Shown one piece after another: positions 1 to 11,720 of a stretch of 64,000 nt of DNA. The notes under the pieces were generated by a model that did not search any database, was not told the origin of the DNA, and was given only the letters and a program-made list of their open reading frames with translations. The position numbers and the translations under genes were made by a program. Within the stretch, counting starts at the first letter, position 1, and every line of letters starts with the position of its first letter. Source of the DNA: Octopus bimaculoides (Eukaryota); assembly GCF_001194135.2 (NCBI RefSeq), contig NC_068996.1, forward strand, positions 25,211,122-25,275,121. The letters run 5' to 3'.

Positions 1-37
1 ATATATATATATATATATATATACATTGAATTTTTCA

Positions 38-255
38 AGGCGGTGAGCTGGCAGGAACGTTAGCTCGTCGGGTGAAATGCTTAGCGGTATTTCATCTGCC
101 ATTACGTTCTGAGTTCAAATTCCGCTGAGGTCGACTTTGCCTTTCATCCTTTTGGGGTCGATAAATAAAGTACCAGTTACGCACTGGGGTTGATGTAATC
201 GACTTAATCCCTTTGTCTGCCCTTGTTTGTCCCCTCTATGTTTAGCCCCTTGTGC
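38..255 (+). mobile_element. tRNA-derived SINE, family A
   Basis: A-box-like TGGCAGGAACG, B-box-like GAGTTCAAATTCC and core CCTTTCATCCTTTTGGGGTCGATAAA; further copies at about 13870-13985 and 21630-21815. Confidence 0.8.
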
Positions 256-289
256 ATACACATACATATCATCATCATCACTTTTCCAT

Positions 290-880
290 GGTAGCATGGG
301 GTGGATGGGTCATCACAACTTGGGTCAGTCCCTTTAAACATGTCAAGGGACCATTTATATATATATCTGCTAACAATAAAATTTTCGATTCTCATGCAGC
401 TTATAATGATGTTCTAGATAGGGCTGGGTACCATTAAACAATTCAATATATACAAGAAGCAGGCATAAGCAACATTGGTAATTTCTACAACTGCGATGCA
501 CATCATATACCACCACAATGTTACCGTTTGAGAACTCACATTTTTGCAGATGCTTGTATGAGCGAGTGTACTTGCACCATGCAGCTTGCCCGAGGACATT
601 TATACATCCATATCTGTTCACAGTTATTTTTGATACTTTTCTCGCTGGATTGAGTGTTCATTTCTCTTTTTGTCATCTTCATATAGATCAAAAATGATAT
701 TTCCTCCATCTGGCTGTTTCTTTTTCTCTCTACAAAATGGAAAGTTACATTGCAAAACAGTCATTTTAACAAGTTGTATTTATTTATTTATCATCCAACA
801 AGACACATCTGCACCACCGGATGCTCCTGAACCAGTAGTTGAGTGTCCCACATGTGAGGGATCAAAGCTGGATATGTTGA
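290..880 (-). pseudogene. Heavily decayed piggyBac-like transposase C-terminal remnant
   Basis: Frameshifted minus-strand peptides NRYGCINVLGQ (cf. YN-YMGGVD-LDQ) and TLWWYMMCIAVVEITNVAYACFLY (cf. K-WW--LF--L-D----NA--LY). Confidence 0.4.
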
Positions 881-974
881 AACAATTGTTGTGATTAATA
901 ATAAATTCTTGTATATTCCATTTTCTTTCATTTGTTATATATACATATATATATGTATATTTATTTACGTACAT

Positions 975-1490
975 ATATCATCATTTAACGCCTGTTGTCC
1001 ATGCTGGCAAGCTGGAGAGCTGCACCAGACTCCTGTCTGTTTTGGCATGGTTTCTATGGCTGGATTTCCTTCCTAATGCCAACCATTTTACAGTGTGCTG
1101 CACAAACACTTTTACATGTAACTGCCACAAGTGCTTTACACCACAAGAAGGGTTGGTCTTAACACTTCTGCTGCAGAGTACAAGTCTTCTTGACTACTGC
1201 AAGGCCCTAGGTATCTCAGTGCTTTGTCATCTTGCCTGAAAGATTCAACATCCTGATGTTCTTCTTCAGTACTCCATCTCATGTCTTCCTGGGTCGCTGT
1301 CAGCATCCATCTGTATCACATGACTAAACCAGCAGTCTTCTCTCTTGCACACAGAATCTAATTCTTCCTATGCCTCTCTTCTCTCTCAAAGCACTAGCAC
1401 TCTGTTGAATATGTACACTTACATTACATATCCAGCGGAGCATACACGCCTCATTTCATTCTAACCCTCGCTTGTCCTCTGCATTCAGGG
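975..1490 (-). mobile_element. RTE-clade LINE 3' end fragment with (GAT)n-type tail
   Basis: Reverse complement matches the 3' ORF region and tail of the LINE at 19540-21625. Confidence 0.7.
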
Positions 1491-1519
1491 TCCACATCTC
1501 ACTACCATATAATCTTTCA

Positions 1520-2675
1520 AACCATCAGGAATCACTGAGATTATTAAAATATCTGGTAGTGTGCAATACAGCCTTGTGACTCAGTTAATCAGGTTATTCA
1601 GTAAGGCGTCATCCCCAAAGACTAGTGTAGTAGTATTATAGTTAGCTGCTACACGGGTAAAGGTGATGCCTTAGATAGAAACAACTACAGAGGTATCTAA
1701 CTGCTGGACCAGGTCATGAAAATTAGAGTTATATCTCAACTGATTAGGGATAGAATTAAACAAGATGAGATAAGTTTGGTTTTGTTCCAGGGAGAAGTAT
1801 CAAAGATGCCATCTTCCTAGTGAGACAGTTGCAAGAAAAGTATTTGGCCAAAAATAAGCCATTGTACTTACCCTTCATTGACCTGGAGAAAGCTTTCAAC
1901 AGGGTTTCCCTGCTCTCTTATTTAGTGGTCTATAAGGAAACTAAGATTGGCTTGTTAGAGTCATTCAAGCCATGTACAACAATGCTGTCAATAAGGTGAG
2001 AGTTGGCCTTGAATACAGTGATGAATTTAATGTACAATTTGGGAGTTCACCAGAGATCAGTTCTCAGTTCACTCTTGTTCATTATAATCCTCCAGGCCAT
2101 AACATGAATTCAAAAGTGGATGCCCATGGCAACTGCTATATGCTGATGACCTTGCTCTTATTGCATAACTGGAGAATTTCCAGGTTTGGAAGCAAAACCT
2201 GGAACCAAATGGCCTTAAAGTTAATTTAGCAAAGACTACAGATGCTGTTGTAAGCAAGAAAGCAGATAAGACTCATTTCCATCAGGTAAATGGCCCTGCT
2301 CAATATGCAGGAAAGGAGTGGGATGTAATTCCATCTGCTGCACCAAGTTTAAGCTATGGACACGTGAGAGATGCAGTGGAATCACAGGTAGGTAGAGATT
2401 AGGTCGCTTTTATGTGAACAATAAGCACTAAGAGCATGAGGGAGTCGGAGGTAGTAGTTTTTGCTATGTAGGTGACAAAAGTAGTAACGGTGGTGGATGC
2501 TCTGAAAGTATTGTTTCTAGAATAAGAACAGAATGGAAGTTCAGAGAGCTACTACCTCTGTTGGACTTAGTGAAAGGTAGATTGTATGATGCTTGTGTGA
2601 AAATGGCTACATTACATGGTAGTGAGACATGGGCTCTGACTGCAGAGGAATGAAGTCTCCACTGGATTTGGAACA
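1520..2675 (+). mobile_element. RTE-clade LINE, degenerate RT region (left part, interrupted by piggyBac)
   Basis: Motifs KGDALDRNNYRGI, DLEKAF and LYGSETW, homologous to 19540-21200; many stops and frameshifts. Confidence 0.85.
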
Positions 2676-2679
2676 TTAA

Positions 2680-3706
2680 CCCTTTCGTTACTAACCCGGC
2701 CGAAAAATTTTTTGGTTCATAAGACCAACCAAGTCAAGAGTACCCATTGTTATTTAAATGTATATTTGGACCCAAATCTCGTTAGTACATGTGATTTCAC
2801 TTTGTAAACAGTTGAGTTATTGTATCCAACATTGTGTGGCGTGATATTTGAACTCAGTGAATTTTGGAAGATATTTTTCCACATTTTTTGTGGCGTTAAT
2901 TTTTTTCAACTTTGATGATGGAGAGGAGTTTCATGCTATCAAGTAGTGATTCAGAATTTAAAGGTTTTTCAATAGAGGATATGGAGATATCGAAGAAAAG
3001 AATGAATGAGCTACAAAAGCACATGGTGAACGATAATGAATCAGATATTTCTGTATCCGAAACCGAAAGCAGCGACGGCGACATTGACAGTGAGGATGAT
3101 TTTACACCAGAATGAAGTAAAGATTTAAAAAATATTTTTATTAACAATTTTTCTGAGGAGACAGGGTCTACCCATAGTCTTTCTCAGGAAGTGAAACCTT
3201 TAGACTTCTTTTTCCAGCATGCTTGTTTGAAATTACTGCAGAAACAAACCGTTACGCAGAATGTAAACAAGTCAGAAAAAAAAAGATAGCTTGTGGTTTC
3301 CTGCTACCGTAGATGAAATACGGGCATCTTTTGCCATAAATATTATTATGGGTATTAGACAGTTACCTAGAATCACATATTACTGGAGCAATCAGGAACC
3401 TTTTGGCAATGAACATTTCCAGTATTATGACGAGAGTACGATTCGTGAAGGTGAACCAATATTTACATGTGAGAGACACTAGCAGTACCCCCCACCCCAG
3501 TACGTGGAGAACTTTGAGACAAAAATTATGCAATAGAATTGATTAAGAACCCTTTCTTCAATTATGTTCCAAATATCACATTAATATGTTGATAAATAAA
3601 AAAGTTACAGGTGTTTAATGAGACTAGTCTAAATTCATGATTATTTTAGAATTTAATTGAAACTCATGAGGCGTGTATTTTGGCCAGAAATATAGTAACG
3701 AAAGGG
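2680..3706 (+). mobile_element. Internally deleted piggyBac transposon
   Basis: TTAA TSDs (2676-2679, 3707-3710); 14-bp perfect TIR CCCTTTCGTTACTA; transposase N-terminal remnant WFPATVDEIRASFAINIIMGIRQLPRITYYWS. Confidence 0.9.
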
Positions 3707-3710
3707 TTAA

Positions 3711-3960
3711 GTGTGCATGACCAACAAAGCATAACTGTGTTGAAAGAAAAGATAGGCATGCAAGAGAGGAGAATGCATTGGTTTGGACGTGTGAGCAAAG
3801 GCAGCTGTGTACCCAAGTGCCCGTCACTGAAAGTGAATGGTATCTGTGGAAAAGAAAGAGATGGGATGAAGTAGTGAGAATGGACCTTAGTGCTCATAGA
3901 GAAAATCACAATGGACCAAGATGTTTGAATTATGAGGTGCTAAGGACCCACCCACATCAA
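3711..3960 (+). mobile_element. RTE-clade LINE, continuation after the piggyBac insertion
   Basis: SVHDQQSITVLKEKIGMQERRMHWFGRV continues the LINE ORF across the TTAA site. Confidence 0.85.
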
Positions 3961-4479
3961 CAAAATAGTGCTAGGAGTGTTGTGTAGCACATGTAACCAA
4001 CTTCTCACAGACCCTGCATCTTTCTCCTTCCTCTTCACAAACTGTTTTCCAGTCCCCTTTCCTATATCACTGCTCCCCCTTCCATTTATGTCAGGTTTTC
4101 ACCAGTCACTGCAATCCCCACTTGCGTCTCTTTAGCAATACCTGACCACATTACCTTTGTTACTCTACCATCACAACTATGCTCTGATCCTTGTTACTTG
4201 TGAATATACCCGGGCACTCCACTCTTACTGGGTAGCCATTTCTCCTAAGTAAAAAAAGTATTTCCTTTACCTCAGCACACCTGTTTGTCCTCTTTCTTGT
4301 ACCTCTCTGAGTAACCTCCTCCATAGCAAAACAAGTATTCCTGTCACACTCATCTGATACCGGATTACCTCCATTATAGCAAGACATCTTTCTATCTGTC
4401 TCACTAATCATTCATCCTGACACAAATACTCCTGCCAGTGCCATGTAAAAATCCAGCTATAAATATGCCCAAACTAACC

Positions 4480-4650
4480 TCACCTGTGCTAGTGCTACAT
4501 AAAAAGCACCGAGTCCACTCTGCAGAGTGGTTGGTGATAAGGACAGCATCAAACCATGCCAAAGACAGGAGCCTAGGGTATTTTTGAACCCTGCCAACTG
4601 TCAATTGTCCTACTCATGCATGCATCGAAGATGGCTGTTAAACAATGGTA
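4480..4650 (+). mobile_element. RTE-tail-sharing repeat (family C) fragment
   Basis: AAAAAGCACC...GAGTGGTTGG...AAACCATGCC...GTTAAAC motifs shared with 51425-51762 and 21480-21625. Confidence 0.6.
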
Positions 4651-5150
4651 GTATCTTTGAAATTTGACATTTTTTTAAAATACAGTAATGCTTCACTTGA
4701 GAATCTGAGTTTATGAGTTATTTTATCTAAGTCCATGAGTGCTAGTGAATCAGTGATTGCATCTACAAGTGGTGTGTGCGACTAGTGTGAGTGAAAGTGA
4801 TTCAGAAAACTATTATAATTGTATTTTTTTTTATTATAAATGATTGACATTCATTTTACTTTACATTGAATTGTGACTTATATACAATAAATTTTATAGG
4901 TAAAATCTATTTCTGAGAATGAATTAGTTTATAACAGTGCTTCTATGGGATCTTACTCTGCTTTATGGAGTAACATTAAACCAGAGTTTGGAACAAATTG
5001 ACATCTAATTTTGATGGAAGATTGTAATTTACATGGCTTCAATTCCTTTGTTGCCATAATTGTTAAAAGCACATGAAAGTTGCAAACCCATTTTCAAGGC
5101 CCATACAATTTGTGCTGCAAATTTCTTAATGCATTGGAGAGGAGGGAGAA

Positions 5151-5184
<34 letters not shown>

Positions 5185-5315
5185 GAACAATCTAGGGTAC
5201 AGTTTGAGAACTTCAATGTTCCAAATTCATTTGTATGCTATCTAACTTATGCATATTAAAAAAAATTTAATTAGCCTTGAAAGTAAGCAAAACAACAGCA
5301 TACAATATGTAATAT

Positions 5316-5321
5316 TTTATT
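5316..5321 (-). promoter_or_regulatory. Candidate EIF5 polyadenylation signal AATAAA
   Basis: AATAAA on the minus strand followed by GU-rich TGTTGTTTTG; a second AATAAA lies at 5696-5691. Confidence 0.55.
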
Positions 5322-5886
5322 CGTACGAGTCAACAGGTCTTACCAATATACATGTTCACAACCTGTAGAGACAATATTAGCAAAGAACATTTGTCAAAAT
5401 GAAATGGAAGCAGTAATTGTTAGGGCTCTTGACGCATTTAAAAATCTAGTTCACTTCTAAAATTGTACTTCATGTTTTGATATATGTTGATTCAATGAAG
5501 AGCTCTATCCAACAACAAACATTTCTAGAATAGCCAAAAGATAAACAACAATATCCATATTTTTAAATTAGAGAAAAAAATTAATACACTAAAAGAAAAT
5601 TTAACTTGGGAATAACCCTCGCATATTATCCTTAAAATTTGAAATATGCACCAAATGAAAATATGATTAATATAATTATTACCTACGCCCTTTATTAAAC
5701 TGGTGCAGTTTGCAGTTGCTTCATTGAAAGCCTTACAAAATGTAGACTTCTTGTCAATGTATTTATATAGTTTTCTTTGGCATGCTTTTATCATAAGTTA
5801 CTCGACCTGAAAAAAGTATTATCTGCACAAAATATTCCCAGAAACAAAATTTTAAAATGTTCTAAGTAAGCAATGACCAGAAGATT

Positions 5887-5988
5887 TCAAATGGCATCAA
5901 TATCAATATCTGCTCCACTCTCATCATCATCATCATCCACATTCTTTGGTTCAGACATAGAAACTACCTCAGTAGCAGAATAGGCAAT
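5887..5988 (-). CDS. EIF5: EIF5 terminal coding exon (IAYSATEVV...DIDIDAI*)
   Basis: Polypyrimidine tract plus CCAG acceptor; conserved DIDIDAI C-terminus; TGA at 5889-5887. Confidence 0.96.
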   Translation of the reverse strand: MAYSATEVVSMSEPKNVDDDDDESGADIDIDAI

Positions 5989-8838
5989 CTGGAAGAGAGA
6001 GAAAGAGAAAAAGTGTTAGTAATTGTAACAAATTGTTAATGTCAAGCAAGTCACTATCTTTACAACTTTAATTATTCAGGACTACATGAAATAAATTTTA
6101 TAGAAGAGACTGAAAATTATGTGAGTTTTTTTCTCTTAATAAAAAAAAAACTCATTTCAAACTAGACACCATCTCCCAAATTAGCAATTTGACATTGGAC
6201 TACAGCACAGGATATTTTACATTTCTATGTTCTTAATTGAAGTATTAGCACCAATTATGGACATGGGAAGGAAGAGCGGGAAAAGCAGAATATACCTCTT
6301 CATCATCAGACCCATCTTTATCAGAGTCTTCAACTTCAGCTTCTTCCAACCACTTGATAAATGGCTTTGCTTTCTCCCTGATGTCCTCAGCCACCGACTT
6401 GGACACATGATTCTTAGTTGGCTGAAAAGTTAGAAATAACAAATCAGTGAAGTTATACATTTACAACAAATACAAATAGTGCATGTGAAAGACAAAGAGA
6501 AGGGAAACACACCTTAGCAGCCCATTTTAGTATCACATCTTCATCCAGTATATCTTCATCATACAGTGTCTTTAATATATGTGGAACCTTTGACATAAGA
6601 ACATCCTTGTGGATTTTACCAACAAGAATTTCAATACCAGACAACAGATATTTTTGGGCTTTTGGACTATCATTGCAAAACTGAAAAAAAAAAAAAAGTT
6701 CACAAATCTTAGTTTTAATTTGGAAAAGTAGACTTTAGTGAAGTGTAACTTTAAAATGGTTTCATGCTTATTTGTCAAAAACACCAACAGGTTTAAATTA
6801 AAATTGTTTTAAAAACAATGCTGATATGCATGGTATCAAAGGGGTTTAAAAATAAGCATTTAAATATTAAATCAATAGTGGAACTATATTTACCCTTAAG
6901 AGGAGTTTCTTGTGTTCCTTAATTTGTTTTAAAATGTCTGCATTAAAAAGCAATTCAACCAGGATTGTAGGACATTTCTCTTTGATCTCAAGACGTTCAG
7001 CTTCAGCAAGGATATCTTTGTCAGCACCAGCAAGGGTTTTAGATTCATGCTTTTGCTATTCCAATATAAATAAATGTATTAACTCTAAAATATCAAACCT
7101 TCAGTTCAAAAATGCAAATACTATTGTTTAAAACATGTCAAAAACATTTTACTATATCAGCACAAGCGTATTGGATATTCTCGTTGAAAATACATTCAAA
7201 AGTATTAAAGCAATAACTAACCAATGGGAGTATCAATATACTTAAAACCTAAACTTGTATTCATTTTATTTTAAAATGCAAGAGAAAACCTAAGTTACAT
7301 GAACATATTACTCAGGAAAAATTTTGACTCAACTCACTTTGATAAAGTTGTAGAGAATGTTCATTCTTTCTTCTTGGGTCTTTTCAAGATCATCTGTTAA
7401 GGTAAGCCCTTTAGCTGCCGATGTCAAATCTCTCATACGTTCCCTGACAGCTGCTTCACTAAAATCTTCAGTCCAATCATCATCATCACCAGCATCTTGG
7501 GCCTCAGGAGGTGCCAGAATATCTCCTCCACTTGCACGCTGAGCAGCCATTTGTTCTTGTGCATTAGCTTCAGGACTGTTACAATCACCATTCACACTCT
7601 CTTGTTTCTTTGACTTCTTTGACTTTTTGCTTTTAGATGTTGCTTGAGCTTGATTATCCTAGAAAATGAAGTTATTAACTTTCAGTTTTAACTGTTTTTG
7701 AATACCAAGTTAATATATTCACAAGATATGATACTTTAATGTGCAGTTCATAGTGTTCTATGAGGCAATATACAGACATTAAATTCTTCAGAAAATATCA
7801 TTGACAATCTTTTGAAATTTAAAACTAGCTTTTCTTATTATGCCTAAAAATCAAATGCTCTCTATCTTTTAAAAAAAAAAGAGGAAAAGAGTAACCATTC
7901 ATTACCTGATCAGGTGGGTTTTTCAAGATAAATGTAGTAAGCTTATGATTCATATCAACGGGACCTTGGTATCCACATGCAATACAACGTTGCAAGATAA
8001 GCTGCTTTCTGGATAAAATAACCTGAAAGTTCATAAAAAAAACAAAACTTTAAAATACATGCACCTTCAATCAAGCTAAGTTATAGAAGTTGAACATTCA
8101 GAATAGTTGCTTACCAAATTGGTCTCTGGATTAGAGCATTGTGGACAAAGCACAAATTTCTTAATGAATCCATCAAGTAATCCCTGCAGCTTAATAGCTT
8201 CATGTGCACCATTAACAATGTAGCGATCATTTTTCAAGTCAAATTGTGTTTGGGCGCCAAGTTCACAGCCAAAATACTTGGTAGGATCTTAAAAATAAAT
8301 AGGTTACAATAAGAAAGTTTGCAGTTTGAACACTCATCGAGTGTGAATTACGCTTGACAGCTTATATTCCTATTCAGAACTTCAAATATGAAATCTATAT
8401 CAGAGGGGGTGGGGGAAAGAAAAGGGGGAAAAAAAAGCTTACATTTTGGGGGCCTTGAGAGAGCTTTGGCAATCTCTGGCATGTTGACAACAACTGTTTT
8501 AATACCATTTCCTTTCCCTTCTACCTAGAAATGGAAAAAAGAAAACTCATTTTACAGAATCGAAGTTTTATAATATAAAATTTACAAATATGGACAACTT
8601 CCGGCGAAGAAAGTGAAACGTAAAGTGCTAATAATCAGCAGAAATGGGGAGTAAAACGCAAAATGTGTTTTACTTAGTTATATTTTAAATTGAAGTTAAA
8701 TTTCAGGAGTTAAAAATGCGTCTTATAAGCCAAATATATTGAAGTACGAGAATGATAACATACTTTTGCTATGAGACGAGGCATCTTATAGCGATAAAAC
8801 TGGTCAGACACATTGGTGTTGACGTTAACGCAAGCCAT
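5887..8838 (-). CDS. EIF5: Eukaryotic translation initiation factor 5, spliced CDS join(8764-8838, 8443-8524, 8115-8287, 7906-8022, 7338-7658, 6894-7055, 6513-6680, 6296-6421, 5887-5988), 441 aa
   Basis: Manual splicing gives [40 protein letters not shown]... with the zinc ribbon (CPQC...CIAC), a K-rich linker, an acidic DDDDW segment, W2 domain AA-boxes and C-terminal DIDIDAI*. All 8 introns are GT-AG and the phases are consistent. Confidence 0.98.
6296..6421 (-). CDS. EIF5: EIF5 coding exon 8 ([29 protein letters not shown]...DDEE)
   Basis: W2 domain AA-box 2 ([10 protein letters not shown]); TTTTCAG / GTATAT. Confidence 0.96.
6513..6680 (-). CDS. EIF5: EIF5 coding exon 7 ([13 protein letters not shown]...[26 protein letters not shown])
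   Basis: W2 domain AA-box 1; TTTTCAG / GTGTGT. Confidence 0.97.
6894..7055 (-). CDS. EIF5: EIF5 coding exon 6 (QKHESK...[16 protein letters not shown]...KKLLLR)
   Basis: Start of the W2 domain; AATAG / GTAAAT. Confidence 0.96.
7338..7658 (-). CDS. EIF5: EIF5 coding exon 5 (K-rich linker, [28 protein letters not shown])
   Basis: 107 codons open; TTCTAG / GTGAGT. Confidence 0.96.
7906..8022 (-). CDS. EIF5: EIF5 coding exon 4 ([39 protein letters not shown])
   Basis: Second CxxC of the zinc ribbon plus HKL-x-FILKNPP; TTTCAG / GTAATG. Confidence 0.97.
8115..8287 (-). CDS. EIF5: EIF5 coding exon 3 ([17 protein letters not shown]...[11 protein letters not shown])
   Basis: Conserved eIF5/eIF2beta motif; TTTAAG acceptor, GTAAGC donor. 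Confidence 0.97.
8443..8524 (-). CDS. EIF5: EIF5 coding exon 2 ([27 protein letters not shown])
   Basis: TTCTAG acceptor and GTAAGC donor; conserved G-domain-like N-terminal motif. Confidence 0.97.
8764..8838 (-). CDS. EIF5: EIF5 coding exon 1 ([25 protein letters not shown])
   Basis: ATG at 8838 in strong context (GGAATGG: G at -3, G at +4); donor GTATGT at 8763. Confidence 0.97.
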
Positions 8839-11563
8839 TCCGATTGATTTTTGTGACACTTATGTTTACGATGGATGCTACTATCAGGATAGCGCCAATG
8901 GCTCCAAACCGTGGAGAAATTCATAAAACCTTGATCGGATTTACTTCTGGTCGAACACTTAGTTCTCGTGCTCAATAGGCACAATGATAACTCTGGAAAA
9001 AAGAAGAAAAGAAAATGACAAAAAACAAAAACCACTGGCTACATAAAACAATATTAAGTCTATATGTAAATTCGTGGCTAGATACTCACAAATTATTATA
9101 CTAGCAGTATTTCTATGTTGATAAAAGACTTATTCATAGTGTATAGAAGAAATGAAATTGTTGGGGGTTTTTTATTTTTTTTTTTGCGAAGTAATATTTT
9201 CAAGTTGCCAAGAGACCACTAACAAATTTCGAAATTTCTATTTAATCCACCAGGGTTGTTGACCGAACCATCAGAAATCAAGCATAATCCAACATTATCT
9301 TCAAGAAAAAGATCATTGTGCCTTTAACAAATCCTCAATATATTGCTGCTAATCGTCAATATGGTTGAATATTGGAAAGGTAGTTTTGATACAAAGTCTT
9401 TTTCGGCAAAAGAGGAGAAAGAGAAAAAAAGAAGAGGTTGTATCGGTCATGGCTTTCCTAAGGGCAATAGCAATTCATCTAAAAAGAAATCATTTTTAAG
9501 GTCCATGTTAATGAAACTTATAATCATCAATAGTTGACACATTAAAGTTGTTGGAGTTAATAACAGCATTGAAACTTAACAAGTAGCGAAACTTCTTCGA
9601 AAACAAAAAACAAAAAAAAACTGATGGAAACTAGAGAGAGGCGTTCATTGTTGAATAATTTTGGAAGGCGTTCTGTGGAACGATGATGCCAATATTTTGA
9701 AATTTAGCAAACAAAAAAAAAAAGAGAAAAAAAAACAAACAAAAAAAAAACGGATTCAAATGGTTAAAACATTTTTTTAAATAAGTTCAAAGAGTTCGAG
9801 ACGACAGTCTGTAGGTGGTGACGACATTAAAAGCTCTGCTATATTACATATTAGCAGAGACGAGGCAACGTGGAAGTTAAAAAGAACTGGAAGAAAAAAA
9901 AGTCCGTTTCCCTACCACCTCAAAAATTAATAAATATGAAACTAAACTTTCTCTTCAGTTAAATCCATTTAGCATAAATAAATCAATTAAAACGATATTT
10001 TAAAAGCTTATTAAATTGAAAATATGTTTTCTTTTTATCTCGTTCCTTTACGNNNNNNNNNNNNNNNNNNNNNNNNNNNNNNNNNNNNNNNNNNNNNNNN
10101 NNNNNNNNNNNNNNNNNNNNNNNNNNNNNNNNNNNNNNNNNNNNNNNNNNNNNNNNNNNNNNNNNNNNNNNNNNNNNNNNNNNNNNNNNNNNNNNNNNNN
10201 NNNNNNNNNNNNNNNNNNNNNNNNNNNNNNNNNNNNNNNNNNNNNNNNNNNNNNNNNNNNNNNNNNNNNNNNNNNNNNNNNNNNNNNNNNNNNNNNNNNN
10301 NNNNNNNNNNNNNNNNNNNNNNNNNNNNNNNNNNNNNNNNNNNNNNNNNNNNNNNNNNNNNNNNNNNNNNNNNNNNNNNNNNNNNNNNNNNNNNNNNNNN
10401 NNNNNNNNNNNNNNNNNNNNNNNNNNNNNNNNNNNNNNNNNNNNNNNNNNNNNNNNNNNNNNNNNNNNNNNNNNNNNNNNNNNNNNNNNNNNNNNNNNNN
10501 NNNNNNNNNNNNNNNNNNNNNNNNNNNNNNNNNNNNNNNNNNNNNNNNNNNNNNNNNNNNNNNNNNNGATTTAAAAAGAAAAAAAATTTTTTTCGGAATA
10601 CTATAATTAGAAAAAAAAATTAAATGGGGGAAAAAAACTCCAGCGAACCCAGATTAAAAGAGAAAAGACAAGAGAGGTAGGTCAAAGAAGTCGGATTTTT
10701 CTAAAAATTTCCGTCAATATCATTGGCAGCAAGTGGCAGTAAAAGAATGAAAGGGAACGAAATTAAAATTCCTTAAAACGCACAAATCACACAGAGAAAA
10801 GCAAGACTAACGAAAACAGAACAAGGCAATTTTTTTTTCTTCTCTCCCAAGGCCACGAAACATTTCATAAAAGAAAGTAGCCATGTATATAATAAAACCA
10901 ATGTGAAACATGGAATGGATTCCATGCTGAACGTGGAAAATTTTCCTAGTGTTGCTGACAATATTCAATGATAAAACTAGGTTTTAAATACATATATATT
11001 GCTTTTATATATAACATTTTATACACTTATTACATCTAGAACAGACATGTAACATAATTTGCTTACATAGAAACATAGCACTTTAACACTTGTAATAGGT
11101 TTAAGTACTACATCGCTTCTCCCACACGCATAATATACATTCTCTCACTACACACACACACATGTACTCTAACACATACTATTTAAACGATTAAGCCTAG
11201 AACATACGTACATATAAAGATGTACATGAAACAGTGATGAAAGGAACATGCGGTTCATGTCACGACAGGAAAGACGAGCACATATAACAGAAGGGTAGAG
11301 CAAAAAAAGGTTAATTATAAAAGGGATTATGAGAAAGTGTGATAGATATAGAGAGAGAGGATAGAGAAATCTAGAATAAAGGATATATATATATATATAT
11401 ATAGGAAACTATCTGTTTATATTATATAAGCTTACATCCACGGAGTGGTAGATATACGTATATAGGAATACTGTGATAGACAAGTTAAAAGTTATGTAGT
11501 TATAATAAGAAAACTGTGGGCCGAAAAAAATGTGAATGAAAAAAAAATGGACAAACAGAAATA

Positions 11564-11599
<36 letters not shown>

Positions 11600-11720
11600 G
11601 GACAAAAAGATAAGACAGAGAGGGAGAGGTTCGGAAGGAAGAGGCGAGCTCTAAATGGTTGTGGTTATTTTAGGTTTGTCCAAGAGGAAAAAAAAACTTA
11701 CCGTCTTGATGCAATGACAT
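8769..11720 (-). promoter_or_regulatory. Spliced inhibitory uORF join(11702-11720, 8769-8992), 80 codons, overlapping the EIF5 start out of frame
   Basis: TTTTT-ATG-T at 11720 and GTTTT-ATG-A at 8924 are in frame after splicing; the ORF stays open to TAG at 8771-8769 inside the EIF5 CDS. Confidence 0.75.
8839..8992 (-). other. EIF5: EIF5 5' UTR part of the first coding exon
   Basis: Strong acceptor TTTTCTTTTCTTCTTTTTTCCAG ending at 8993; contains one uAUG at 8924. Confidence 0.85.

Noticed and set aside
5989-8442. Intronic snoRNA in EIF5 (vertebrate EIF5 hosts SNORA28)
   Set aside because: I found no convincing C/D box pair or H/ACA two-hairpin layout by eye; an Infernal/snoscan search would be needed.
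9343-9537. 64-aa plus-strand ORF antisense to the EIF5 first intron
   Set aside because: Low-complexity K/R/S content derived from a sense-strand pyrimidine tract; no homology recognised.
10016-10623. Long ORFs crossing N-runs (also at 14426, 25274, 44667, 47289, 58230 and 60036)
   Set aside because: Artefacts of translating assembly gaps.
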